From an uncultured Gammaproteobacteria bacterium (GTDB taxonomy: Bacteria > Patescibacteriota > Microgenomatia > UBA8517), in contig CAZRJH010000001.1 of NCBI GenBank assembly GCA_964600575.1, positions 28,651-92,650 of the forward strand: a DNA stretch of 64,000 nucleotides. The letters run 5' to 3'. Under the pieces are notes generated by a model. It did not search any database. It saw only the letters and a list, made by a program, of their open reading frames with translations, and was not told where the DNA came from. Positions within the stretch are counted from its first letter, which is position 1. Every line of letters begins with the position of its first letter. The position numbers were made by a program, and so were the translations under genes. Shown piece by piece: positions 10,381 to 19,143 of the stretch.

Positions 10381-13300
10381 GTGTTTTTCCAAAAACTTTT
10401 TTTCAAGGTATTAAGTTTCCGCAATCTGGCCATAATGGCCGTATTTCTTTTCCTTATTACAGGCGGATATTTTCTGTTAGGAAAAAAAGCCCCTAAAACC
10501 GACGCGGGATATCAATCTCCGCAAATATTTATTTACGGAGGTGATAATAGTTTTTCGGCAGGCGGTTTAATTTCTTTAGCTTCAACAGACGAGCCCGCCG
10601 TTCAGATTGGTGGCTATAACATTTCGGGTAATGCAACGGTGGAAGTCTATAAGGCCAACCCGGATATGCTTTTGGACTACCTAACACACGATAAAGACGG
10701 TAAGCAGACAAAAACAAAGCCCGATGTTTCAAAACTCGAATTTGTAGGCACCACATCTCATTCAATAAATACCAACTCATACGAAGGTTCAAAAGTTAGC
10801 CTTCCTTTGGCTGAGAGCGGAGTCTGGTATCTAAAAGTTAAAATCGGCAATGTAAACGCCGACGCCTTTGTTCTACGAAGCGGATATGGGATTTTGGCTA
10901 AAGAAGGGGATAACGAATTTATTTTTTGGGGCCAGGACTTTAAAACTAAGAGGAGTATAAATGCCGGAAGTTTAAGCGTCCTAAATATGCAGGATACAAA
11001 AAAGAGTCTTTCCCAGACTAATTTTGATTCCGAAGGATTGGCAAAAGCTCCGATTACCGAAGAAGCTGATATAGCTTTTGCCCAAATTAACGACCAAATT
11101 GCAATAGTGCCTCTAAATCTCAAGTATCTAAACACGCCCTCGTATAAGTCTTATCTACAAAAAGCTCAAAATACAAATTATTTTGTGTTTACAGATAGAC
11201 CTTTGTATAAACCGGGCGACAAAGTTTATTTTAAAGCAATACTTCGAAACGACGACGATGCCAGGTATACAATCCCTTCGGGTAGTGCAAAAGTAAAGAT
11301 TTCTAGCGGATACGGCCCAGAAGAAATTAAATATGAAAAAACCTATCCTATTTCTTCCGAGGGCACGGTAGTTGGTGAGTATCAATTATCTGCCGATGCA
11401 AAAGTGGGTGGATACAGTCTGGAGATAAGCACAGGCGGGTCTAACGAAAATATTAGCTGGTCGGAGTCTCATTGGTGGAACGGATCGGTTTACTTTGATG
11501 TTGAATATTTCCAGAAACCGCAATATTTTATAGAAGTAACTTCTCCCAAAACCGAGTTGATTGCAGGGGATAAATCTACTTTTAAAATTCAGGCGAGTTA
11601 TTTTTCCGGGCAGCCTTTGGCAGGACAAAAAGTAAAATATAGAGTAGCTGCAGGCGATTATTACGATTATCAATATTACTCAGATATTAATTATCTAAGA
11701 TCTAGTCTCTCAAACGACTACAAATATTCTTATTATGGTTCCCATACTGTTTTGGAGGGTGTAACCGAACTTGATAAAAACGGTCAAAAAGAAATTACGT
11801 TCGATACAAAGATGGATTTCAATAATGGAAGAAGCCAGGTTTTTGCCATAGAGGCAACACTTGACGATAACTCCCAGACTCCCTCTTTCTCCAGACAAAA
11901 TGTTTTGGTTTATGCAGGCCAATACGGAATTTACAGATCGGACTATTCTTATGGCGGCAAAGTAAATACCGATCTCTCCATTCCTTTGCAACTTTACGCG
12001 TACGAGCCTGATGCAAATATCGCTGGTGTCCAACTAACAGCAAAAGTACACTGGGAAACATGGGAAAGTTATAACGATCCTAATCAAAAGTATCCCCAGT
12101 ACAAAAAAGTAGAACAAGACCTGTCGGAAATAAAAGGTACAACGGACTCAAAGGGTAATGTAAAGTTAAACTTTAAACCCCAAAAAGTAGGTTTTTACAC
12201 ATTTAAGATTCAAGGTACAGACGAAAAGGGTAATACTATTGGTAATACATTTTATGCATATGTCAGCGACCAAGATCAACCTGCATATACACCCCAAGGT
12301 GGAAATGAGTTAACAGTTAGTACCGATCGTGAACAATATAGTCCTGGCGATACAGTAAAACTTTCCATCTACTCCAAAACTTCGGACAGAGATGTGTTTT
12401 TAGCGATGGAGAGAGGGAGAGTTAATAGGTTTCAGATTGTTCATCTAAACGGAAACAAAGGCAGTATAGATCTGCCAATTTTAGACACGGATATTCCTAA
12501 TATGTACGCCAAAGTTTCCGCATTTTCTTCGAATGCACTCGACGGTAGCTCTGTAAATCTAAAAGTATCCACTCTAAGTAAGCGTGTTGTTGTGGGGCTT
12601 AAATTTGATAGTAAAAAATACGCTCCGGGAGATACGGTTAACGTTCAAGTTACAACAAAGGATGGATTTGGAAATCCTGTTTCTTCCGATGTTGCTCTTT
12701 GGGCCGTGGATAAGGCCATTTTTGAACTATCAGACTCAAAGTTGGGTAATATATTTAATACTTTTTGGAATGAAAGAGGTGACACCACCCAAGAGGATCA
12801 TTCATTAGAAGGAATTGTGGCATATAGCGCAGAAGGCGGCGGATGCTTCCTGTCCGGCACAAAGATTTTGATGTCAGACGGCAAAGAAAAGAATATCGAA
12901 GACGTAAAAGTCGGTGACTACGTATTAACCTATACCTCTGATTCCTCTAAGAAATTGGTCAAAGCTAAAGTTTTAGCAACTCAAAAGGCGGTTGACCCGG
13001 GTTATTTGATCATTAACGGTAATCTAAAAGTAACTCCCGATCATATAATTATGGCCAATGGAGTTTGGAGAGAAGCAGGAAGCGTGCAATTTGGCGACGA
13101 GTTGTTGTCTTCAAACGGCGATAAAGTAAAAGTTTATTCAATTGAATGGCAAAGGGGCAAAGTAGATGTTTACAATTTAACTGTAGACAAGTATCACACA
13201 TATTTTGCCAACGGACTTTATGTGCACAATCAAAAAGGGGATTCCAGAAGCACATTTAAAGACACTGCATATTGGAATCCCAGCGTTAAAACAAACTCGT

Positions 13301-15510
13301 CGGGTTTGGCAACTGTTTCGTTTAAACTCCCGGACAATCTTACAACTTGGACCGTAGCGGCCGTTGCAGATACGGCAGATACCAAAGTCGGTCAAACCAC
13401 CGAAGAAATTATTGTAACCAAAGATGTTATTGTAAGACCTATTCTTCCAAACATAATAAGGTTGGGGGACACATTAGTTGTTTCTGCTTTGGTCCAAAAC
13501 TCAACCGACTCCGACAAAAACTTCGATGTAGATCTTAAGTTTGATTCAGGAGACGTCACTACAACTTCGTTCAAAAACGTTAAAATAGCAACTAACTCAA
13601 TAGAAAGGTTTGCTTGGGAAATAAAGCCGCAAAAAGAAAACCCTAACGCAAAATTGGAAGTTACCGCACAAGTATCCGATAACGAAAAAATATCAGACGG
13701 TGTAATTTCAGAAATTCCCGTTATTCCTTTCGGATATTTTGTCACGACTTCGGAAGCCGGTGACGGCAACAAGGATTACAACATTGCTATTCCACAGAAT
13801 GTTTCTAAAGAAAAGTCAAAGTTAACACTTTCTCTTTCCCCAACAGTTTTGGGAACACTACCGACAGCGATGAAATATTTGGTTAACTATCCTTACGGTT
13901 GTACGGAACAAATCACAAGCCGATTTGTTCCGGCACTTATAGCCAAGGCAAACCCGACACTTTTTGCCGATGCGCTTAAAGACAAAGATATCGACGAGAT
14001 AATCCAAAAAGGTATAGCAAGATTAGTTGCCACTCAAAATGGGGACGGCGGTTGGACATGGTGGTTTACAGGGACATCCGATCCTTATATTAGCTCCTAT
14101 GTTGCGGAATATTTAGTTTATGCCCAAAAGCTAGGTTATAAAGTAGATAAAAATTCGTTGGACAGAGCCAGGGGTTATTTGGGATCTAAGTCCTATTACG
14201 ACTACAAACAGCAAAAAGAAATTGCATATACTGATGACGAAAAAGCAATTAAAAATTACGGCCTTGTTATTTTAGGAAACACAAAAGACATACACACTGT
14301 AAATGTTGAAAGTCTTTCTTTGGACACGCTTGCTTTAAATGTAATAACCAACTCTTCACTTGGTAATAAAAATCCCGCATCAAACGGTTTAAACAGACTA
14401 ACTTCTATGGCGCAAACCCAGGGGGACAGTGTTTACTGGGAAGCAGGTAGCAAACTTCACTTTGGATCAAAAGACGCTTCTACGGCATTTGCAATAAGAG
14501 CAATAATTGCTTCTAACGGGGATCGGGAATTGGCTGTAAAAGCCTCTAAATATTTAATCAGAAACAGAAAGTTTGAATATTGGTCCAACACTTTTGCAAC
14601 AGCACAAGTTGTAAGGGCGGTGACTGATCTATCCAAAACAGGCGGTGAATCTAACCCAAACTTCTTATACTCTGTAACACTTGATGACAAAGAGCTTGCA
14701 AATGGCCAAGTCCAAAATATAAAAGATAAGTTGCAAGATATAGATATTGATACCTCTAAAATTAACTCTAAAGGATCTAATCTAAAAGTTACCATCGAAG
14801 GCCAAGGTCAGTTATATTCCGCCTTTGTCTCTAAACTTTTCTACACCGATACAAAAGCAGACGCTGTTAAAAATGGACTTTCTATAAAACGGGAATATAT
14901 TAACGAAAAAGGAGATCAGTATCAGTTGGCGGTTGGTGATAGCGTTATCGTTAAGATAACTGCGACAGGGCCCAAAGCACCCGAAAATTATGCCGTAATC
15001 ACCGACGAACTACCTTCGGGAATGGTTCCGGTTAACCCCATGTTCAAAAACGAGCAATATGGCGAAAACCCGCTTCCGGCTTATTTTTCAAACTCTTATG
15101 TGACGGGAATGGATGTTACACAAAATGGTGCTGTCTTGTCTTTGTATCTATTGGAACCGGGAACACACACTTTTACATATAGAGCCCGAGTAGTTAGTGC
15201 CGGTAAGTTTACGGTACCCCCTGCAGAAATAAGTTTGATGTATGATCCCGCAGTAAACGCCAGAACAGAGGTGCAAACATTAACCATAGCAGAAGAATCA
15301 AAACTTATCCCGACGGCATTTATTCAGGTTATATTTAAGAAATATTTCTGGAACATAATACTTGGAGTGTTTGGTGTATCCGCACTCATTGCGATTATTG
15401 TAAAAATGAAGGGTTCGGGGTTTAAGTTGTCAGAGCTTAAATCAAAACTTTTAAAAATTTTCAAGAAAAATAAAGATATTACGCCACCGATCACTCCTGA
15501 CGTACAATGA
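10381..15510 (+). CDS. Bacterial alpha-2-macroglobulin family thioester protein with a Hint domain in the bait region and N- and C-terminal TMs
   Basis: TDRPLYKPG (MG2), AVDKAI, FKDTAYWNP, LPDNLTTW, YPYGCTEQ thioester, QNGDGGW, DELPSG, MYDP. Confidence 0.93.
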   Translation: MFFQKLFFKVLSFRNLAIMAVFLFLITGGYFLLGKKAPKTDAGYQSPQIFIYGGDNSFSAGGLISLASTDEPAVQIGGYNISGNATVEVYKANPDMLLDYLTHDKDGKQTKTKPDVSKLEFVGTTSHSINTNSYEGSKVSLPLAESGVWYLKVKIGNVNADAFVLRSGYGILAKEGDNEFIFWGQDFKTKRSINAGSLSVLNMQDTKKSLSQTNFDSEGLAKAPITEEADIAFAQINDQIAIVPLNLKYLNTPSYKSYLQKAQNTNYFVFTDRPLYKPGDKVYFKAILRNDDDARYTIPSGSAKVKISSGYGPEEIKYEKTYPISSEGTVVGEYQLSADAKVGGYSLEISTGGSNENISWSESHWWNGSVYFDVEYFQKPQYFIEVTSPKTELIAGDKSTFKIQASYFSGQPLAGQKVKYRVAAGDYYDYQYYSDINYLRSSLSNDYKYSYYGSHTVLEGVTELDKNGQKEITFDTKMDFNNGRSQVFAIEATLDDNSQTPSFSRQNVLVYAGQYGIYRSDYSYGGKVNTDLSIPLQLYAYEPDANIAGVQLTAKVHWETWESYNDPNQKYPQYKKVEQDLSEIKGTTDSKGNVKLNFKPQKVGFYTFKIQGTDEKGNTIGNTFYAYVSDQDQPAYTPQGGNELTVSTDREQYSPGDTVKLSIYSKTSDRDVFLAMERGRVNRFQIVHLNGNKGSIDLPILDTDIPNMYAKVSAFSSNALDGSSVNLKVSTLSKRVVVGLKFDSKKYAPGDTVNVQVTTKDGFGNPVSSDVALWAVDKAIFELSDSKLGNIFNTFWNERGDTTQEDHSLEGIVAYSAEGGGCFLSGTKILMSDGKEKNIEDVKVGDYVLTYTSDSSKKLVKAKVLATQKAVDPGYLIINGNLKVTPDHIIMANGVWREAGSVQFGDELLSSNGDKVKVYSIEWQRGKVDVYNLTVDKYHTYFANGLYVHNQKGDSRSTFKDTAYWNPSVKTNSSGLATVSFKLPDNLTTWTVAAVADTADTKVGQTTEEIIVTKDVIVRPILPNIIRLGDTLVVSALVQNSTDSDKNFDVDLKFDSGDVTTTSFKNVKIATNSIERFAWEIKPQKENPNAKLEVTAQVSDNEKISDGVISEIPVIPFGYFVTTSEAGDGNKDYNIAIPQNVSKEKSKLTLSLSPTVLGTLPTAMKYLVNYPYGCTEQITSRFVPALIAKANPTLFADALKDKDIDEIIQKGIARLVATQNGDGGWTWWFTGTSDPYISSYVAEYLVYAQKLGYKVDKNSLDRARGYLGSKSYYDYKQQKEIAYTDDEKAIKNYGLVILGNTKDIHTVNVESLSLDTLALNVITNSSLGNKNPASNGLNRLTSMAQTQGDSVYWEAGSKLHFGSKDASTAFAIRAIIASNGDRELAVKASKYLIRNRKFEYWSNTFATAQVVRAVTDLSKTGGESNPNFLYSVTLDDKELANGQVQNIKDKLQDIDIDTSKINSKGSNLKVTIEGQGQLYSAFVSKLFYTDTKADAVKNGLSIKREYINEKGDQYQLAVGDSVIVKITATGPKAPENYAVITDELPSGMVPVNPMFKNEQYGENPLPAYFSNSYVTGMDVTQNGAVLSLYLLEPGTHTFTYRARVVSAGKFTVPPAEISLMYDPAVNARTEVQTLTIAEESKLIPTAFIQVIFKKYFWNIILGVFGVSALIAIIVKMKGSGFKLSELKSKLLKIFKKNKDITPPITPDVQ
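12844..13230 (+). other. Hint/intein-like domain (129 aa, no endonuclease) inside alpha-2-macroglobulin
   Basis: Starts CFLSGTKILMSDG..KNIEDVKVGD; TPDH block B; ends VYNLTV..HTYFANGLYVHN; +1 residue is Gln. Confidence 0.92.
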
Positions 15511-16379
15511 AAAAAGTCATCATTAAGATCGTTTTCTTAACGATAGTTTTTAGTGTACCTTTTCTTATGGTACATAAAAATGTACTGGAAATTCCCAAAG
15601 GCGAGTATAACAAAGTTCTACACTTTGATAAGGAAAGTTTTATTTTAGGAATTTCGGAAGCAGAAAAAGACGGTGGGGAATTGGAATACAAAGTAAGAGG
15701 TGGAGTGGTGCCGCATCATCTTTTGGCTAGTTCGATAATCGCTGATTTTTTTAAGAAACTATCACAAAATCCCCCCGAAACAATAATACTTTTAGGACCC
15801 AATCATTTAGAAACTGGAGATTTTAAGGCGCTAACTAATTCCAAGTCTTGGATGACGGAATACGGGGTAGTTAGGCCCGACCCAGAAATACTAAGCATTT
15901 TGCTTAAGAAAAATTTAGTAAAAATAGACGATAAAGCTGTAGAGGAAGATCAATCTATTTCGTCACCTATGACTTTTGTAGCTTTTTACCTTCCTTCAAC
16001 AAAAGTTGTGCCGATAATTCTAAGTGCAGATATGAAAGAAGAAGATATTTCAAAACTTTCGGAAGAGATTTCAAAAATAATTAAAAGCAAAAACGCAATT
16101 CTGGTTTCTTCTATCGACTTTTCGCACTATCTCAGTTTTGATCAGGCAGAGGCGCGTGACTTGGAATCTATCACCGCAATTAAAAATTTTGGTTGTAGTA
16201 AGATAATCAAATTCGATAGCGATAATATGGACTCCGCACCGGCAATGTGTACGCTTTTGTATACGATGCTTTCTTTAGGATCTACCAATATCGATATACA
16301 AACACACGAAAATTCTTACAACATTCAAAAGTCGGGTAGTGACTCCACTACTAGTTATTTTTCTATTTTTTTCCACTAA
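15507..16379 (+). CDS. MEMO1/AmmeMemoRadiSam protein B-like with N-terminal membrane anchor
   Basis: GGVVPHH, IILLGPNH, SIDFSHY motifs; 4-nt overlap with the A2M stop. Confidence 0.82.
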   Translation: MKKVIIKIVFLTIVFSVPFLMVHKNVLEIPKGEYNKVLHFDKESFILGISEAEKDGGELEYKVRGGVVPHHLLASSIIADFFKKLSQNPPETIILLGPNHLETGDFKALTNSKSWMTEYGVVRPDPEILSILLKKNLVKIDDKAVEEDQSISSPMTFVAFYLPSTKVVPIILSADMKEEDISKLSEEISKIIKSKNAILVSSIDFSHYLSFDQAEARDLESITAIKNFGCSKIIKFDSDNMDSAPAMCTLLYTMLSLGSTNIDIQTHENSYNIQKSGSDSTTSYFSIFFH

Positions 16380-16406
16380 AATAAAAACAGAAGAATTCGA
16401 TAAATT

Positions 16407-17084
16407 ATGTCGGCAAGAAACTTGAAATATATATTGTTAACTATCTGGACGGCATCCATTTTGCTGGGACTATATACAATCTTTAAAAATACCCCCTTTT
16501 CCACACTCAAAACACCTCTTTCTGTTACCGGGTTGCTTCAAAGAATTTTTGGAATAACGGCATTTGTTTGTTTGTTTTACCAAATTATTTTGGGTAGTTA
16601 CATGCAGGTTTTGTCGGAAAGGGTCGGCGGATTTATTTATAAGTTTCATATTCTGCAAGGTGTGTTTGTTTATGTCCTGATTTTGTTTCACCCCGTTTTC
16701 TTTTTGATTTTTAATTACTTTGCAGGGAGAGGGGTTGATCCTTACTATGTTTTTACTCAAGTTTGTGTTTTATGCCAAAATAAGGGAGAACTATATTACT
16801 CTTTGGGTAAGGCCTCTTTCTGGATTTTAAATATTACCGTTTTTTCGGGACTTTTTAGAACAATGAATCACTTTATGAGGGTCAACTGGAAAAAGTTTCA
16901 CAATCTAAATTATTTGGTTTTTGGTCTTATTTCTATTCACGGATATTATGTGGGAAGCGATTTTGGTACTCAACCATTTTTTGGTATGGCGATGGTTTTT
17001 GTATTAATTTATCTTTATGTTTTATTGTTTAGGAAGGCCCCGGAGATGTATTTGGAGTTAAAAAACTGGTTTAGATCAAATTGA
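16407..17084 (+). CDS. Ferric reductase-like transmembrane (MsrQ-like) protein
   Basis: About 6 TMs; His pairs 'KFH...LFHP' and 'WKKFHNLNY...IHG'; CVLC in a loop. Confidence 0.75.
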   Translation: MSARNLKYILLTIWTASILLGLYTIFKNTPFSTLKTPLSVTGLLQRIFGITAFVCLFYQIILGSYMQVLSERVGGFIYKFHILQGVFVYVLILFHPVFFLIFNYFAGRGVDPYYVFTQVCVLCQNKGELYYSLGKASFWILNITVFSGLFRTMNHFMRVNWKKFHNLNYLVFGLISIHGYYVGSDFGTQPFFGMAMVFVLIYLYVLLFRKAPEMYLELKNWFRSN

Positions 17085-17085
17085 T

Positions 17086-17122
17086 CGGGTATCGGTCACA
17101 TGTTAAAAAAGTGACCGGTACT
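17086..17122. repeat. Inverted repeat, copy 1 (related to 18465-18504)
   Basis: GGGTATCGGTCAC...GTGACCGGTACTC; flanks GATC and CG are shared with the second copy. Confidence 0.75.
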
Positions 17123-17132
17123 CCGCGCCCGA

Positions 17133-17690
17133 TTATGGTTGATTGTAAAACCTATATCCGGCAACCTCACCCTTTTTGGTGACACTCAAAGCCACATCAG
17201 TGGCTCCGTTAAAACTTTGGAACTCGCCGATGTTGTCCGGGTTGTAGGTATAAATGTTACCCGAAGCGTCTTCGAATTTTAGTTCGTAGTATTCGCTAAA
17301 GGTTGAATTGTTTATGCGTTCGCCTGGATTGAGTACGGGTTGTTTCCATGTTGGAACAAAGTCGTAAGCAAAAGCCTCACCGTAACGAAAATGTCTCCAT
17401 TCATCGATAGTGTAATCGCAATAATAGTTGGTGACATCCGGGGTGTCTTCGTCGCCAAGATCGGTTTCGCTCCAGCAATAGGAGTTGTATGCTCCGCTTG
17501 GCGGTGACGAGACGGGTTCGTTGCTGTACTTCACAGGCTGAATCGTCTCAATAGAGACTCTCATGGCCCATGCTTCGGTTGTGAGTTTTGCTTCAACTTG
17601 GTGGGTTGTAGAGTCAGAAATACTTTTGCAGAACAAGCCGATTAATACTACGGCTAAAACCGCAAAAAATATGGGTTTTAATCTTTGCAT
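17133..17690 (-). CDS. Membrane-anchored hypothetical protein, paralog A
   Basis: N-terminal TM, AGGAG SD; shares W..S...TI, P.GA, Y...W...R, D.SG..Y and F.SF motifs with the two adjacent genes. Confidence 0.82.
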   Translation of the reverse strand: MQRLKPIFFAVLAVVLIGLFCKSISDSTTHQVEAKLTTEAWAMRVSIETIQPVKYSNEPVSSPPSGAYNSYCWSETDLGDEDTPDVTNYYCDYTIDEWRHFRYGEAFAYDFVPTWKQPVLNPGERINNSTFSEYYELKFEDASGNIYTYNPDNIGEFQSFNGATDVALSVTKKGEVAGYRFYNQP

Positions 17691-17716
17691 GCGTACTCCT
17701 GCGTAAAGTTAGTAGG

Positions 17717-17776
17717 AAAGTGCTATCTAACGGAGGCTAATTCTAGCACGAAGTGAAGCTAAAGTCAAACTATGGG
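17717..17776 (-). promoter_or_regulatory. Accessory-type leader: CCCATA, TTGACT-17-TAGAAT, GCACTTT
   Basis: Read from the reverse complement; recurs at other accessory loci. Confidence 0.72.
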
Positions 17777-17785
17777 GTTATAATG

Positions 17786-17820
17786 GAAACACCGGTAATT
17801 GGCTTGTCTGCCGGTGTTTC
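17786..17820. terminator. Hairpin after paralog B
   Basis: GAAACACCGGTA...TGCCGGTGTTTC 12-bp stem; weak U-tract. Confidence 0.55.
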
Positions 17821-17827
17821 CAAAGAA

Positions 17828-18364
17828 TCATCTGATGCTGATAAGAGCGCCCCAGATATTGAATCCGCCAACATAGATTTCTTCGGCATTAAAGCTTCGG
17901 AATCTGGCGGTGTCGTAAACAGGGCGTTGGTAGGTTGTACCTGATTTGTCGGTGAAATACACCTGCATGTATATTTCCAGACTGTCCTCATCCAGCTTCT
18001 CGCCTTGTATGAGAGTGGCAGTTGGCTCGACCACATCTTGGTTGTTGCCGTCTAGGCTGACATATCTAAAAGTCACCCAGTCGGTGTATTCGTATGTGTA
18101 AAGCGGATAAGGATCACCCGAGCAAGAATTGGGATCCAGACACTTGCTTTTGTCGTACTCCGTTCGCTTGCTTACAACCGTAGCACCTTCGGGAACCTCT
18201 TTTCCCTGATCTGTAATCGTTTGGTATGTGAGAACGCTGTATTGCGTCTTCCAGTAGTAGCCAGTGGCGTGCATATCCACATATCTGACTGGAACAATGG
18301 TGGAGATGATCACTCCAATTGTTAAGACAACAAAAGCGGCTATACCCAGCTGCAGTTTAGTCAT
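17828..18364 (-). CDS. Membrane-anchored hypothetical protein, paralog B
   Basis: Start placed at the ATG after GGAGG; N-terminal TM; C-x5-C-x-G-x-PY; paralogous to neighbours. Confidence 0.82.
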   Translation of the reverse strand: MTKLQLGIAAFVVLTIGVIISTIVPVRYVDMHATGYYWKTQYSVLTYQTITDQGKEVPEGATVVSKRTEYDKSKCLDPNSCSGDPYPLYTYEYTDWVTFRYVSLDGNNQDVVEPTATLIQGEKLDEDSLEIYMQVYFTDKSGTTYQRPVYDTARFRSFNAEEIYVGGFNIWGALISIR

Positions 18365-18381
18365 AGGACCTCCAAACAAAA

Positions 18382-18438
18382 AATGTGCAAACCGAAGCTG
18401 AAATATAACACAAGAAGAATGATTTTACAAACTATAGG
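18382..18438 (-). promoter_or_regulatory. Accessory-type leader: CCTATA, TTGTAA-17-TATATT, GCACATT
   Basis: Read from the reverse complement. Confidence 0.68.
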
Positions 18439-18464
18439 GGGTTAGAAAAAATCTGAAGTTAGAT

Positions 18465-18504
18465 CGGGTACCTGTCACATATATCAAAAGTTGTGACAGG
18501 TACT
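18465..18504. repeat. Inverted repeat, copy 2
   Basis: GGGTACCTGTCACA...TGTGACAGGTACTC. Confidence 0.75.
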
Positions 18505-18518
18505 CCGTCGGATGATTG

Positions 18519-19055
18519 CTAATCTATATCCAAAAGGAATCCCAGTATGTTGTATGTGCCAGTCATTTCGGCAGTATCAGCAAACTTCTGGAATTCTTTG
18601 AGGTTTTTTGGAACCCAAACGAATTGATACCCGCTGGAATCAACGATATATACCTTGGTTACCAACGATTGGCTTCCGTCTTGTATTTGTTCGTTGGCAG
18701 CGAGATCAAGATTCGGTTCTACAGGGTAAAAATTGTAACCATAACTAGTTTCAGTTCTGGTTACTTCCCAGTATGTGGTTCTATAGGTAAACCATTGGTA
18801 TGGCTCACCAAGGCAATCATCTTCACGCGTTTGACAGCTTGTTCTGTCATAGAGCGTCTCCATTTCCAAGGGGGAGGAGCCCATGGGAACTTTCTTTCCA
18901 TGCCCAATAGTGTCGTGGGAAACCATTACACTAACAGACATTTTCCAGTAGGCACCCTCCACGCGTATTTCGCGCTGTTCTGCCGGGATATAGGCGATTG
19001 CCAGTACCAGGACCAAAACAACCAGGGCAGTGATTACCCATGCGTTTTTAAGCAT
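18519..19055 (-). CDS. Membrane-anchored hypothetical protein, paralog C
   Basis: Start placed at the ATG after GAGG (MLKNAWV); N-terminal TM; C-x6-C-x-G-x-PY; VEP and DSSG motifs. Confidence 0.82.
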   Translation of the reverse strand: MLKNAWVITALVVLVLVLAIAYIPAEQREIRVEGAYWKMSVSVMVSHDTIGHGKKVPMGSSPLEMETLYDRTSCQTREDDCLGEPYQWFTYRTTYWEVTRTETSYGYNFYPVEPNLDLAANEQIQDGSQSLVTKVYIVDSSGYQFVWVPKNLKEFQKFADTAEMTGTYNILGFLLDID

Positions 19056-19084
19056 ACAAACCTCAATTCTGAATAATAGAAAAT

Positions 19085-19143
19085 AAAGTGCTATCCGAAG
19101 CCCTATAGTATCACAAATGAAGCTAAATGTCAAATATTATAGG
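19085..19143 (-). promoter_or_regulatory. Accessory-type leader: CCTATA, TTGACA-17-TACTAT, GCACTTT
   Basis: Read from the reverse complement. Confidence 0.72.

Noticed and set aside
12844-13230. Canonical mobile intein
   Set aside because: No homing endonuclease and the +1 residue is Gln; treated as a BIL/Hint domain instead
17083-19143. Integron or CRISPR array
   Set aside because: No integrase or cas genes, no clear attC R-box cores, cassettes carry their own promoters, and repeats are not regularly spaced
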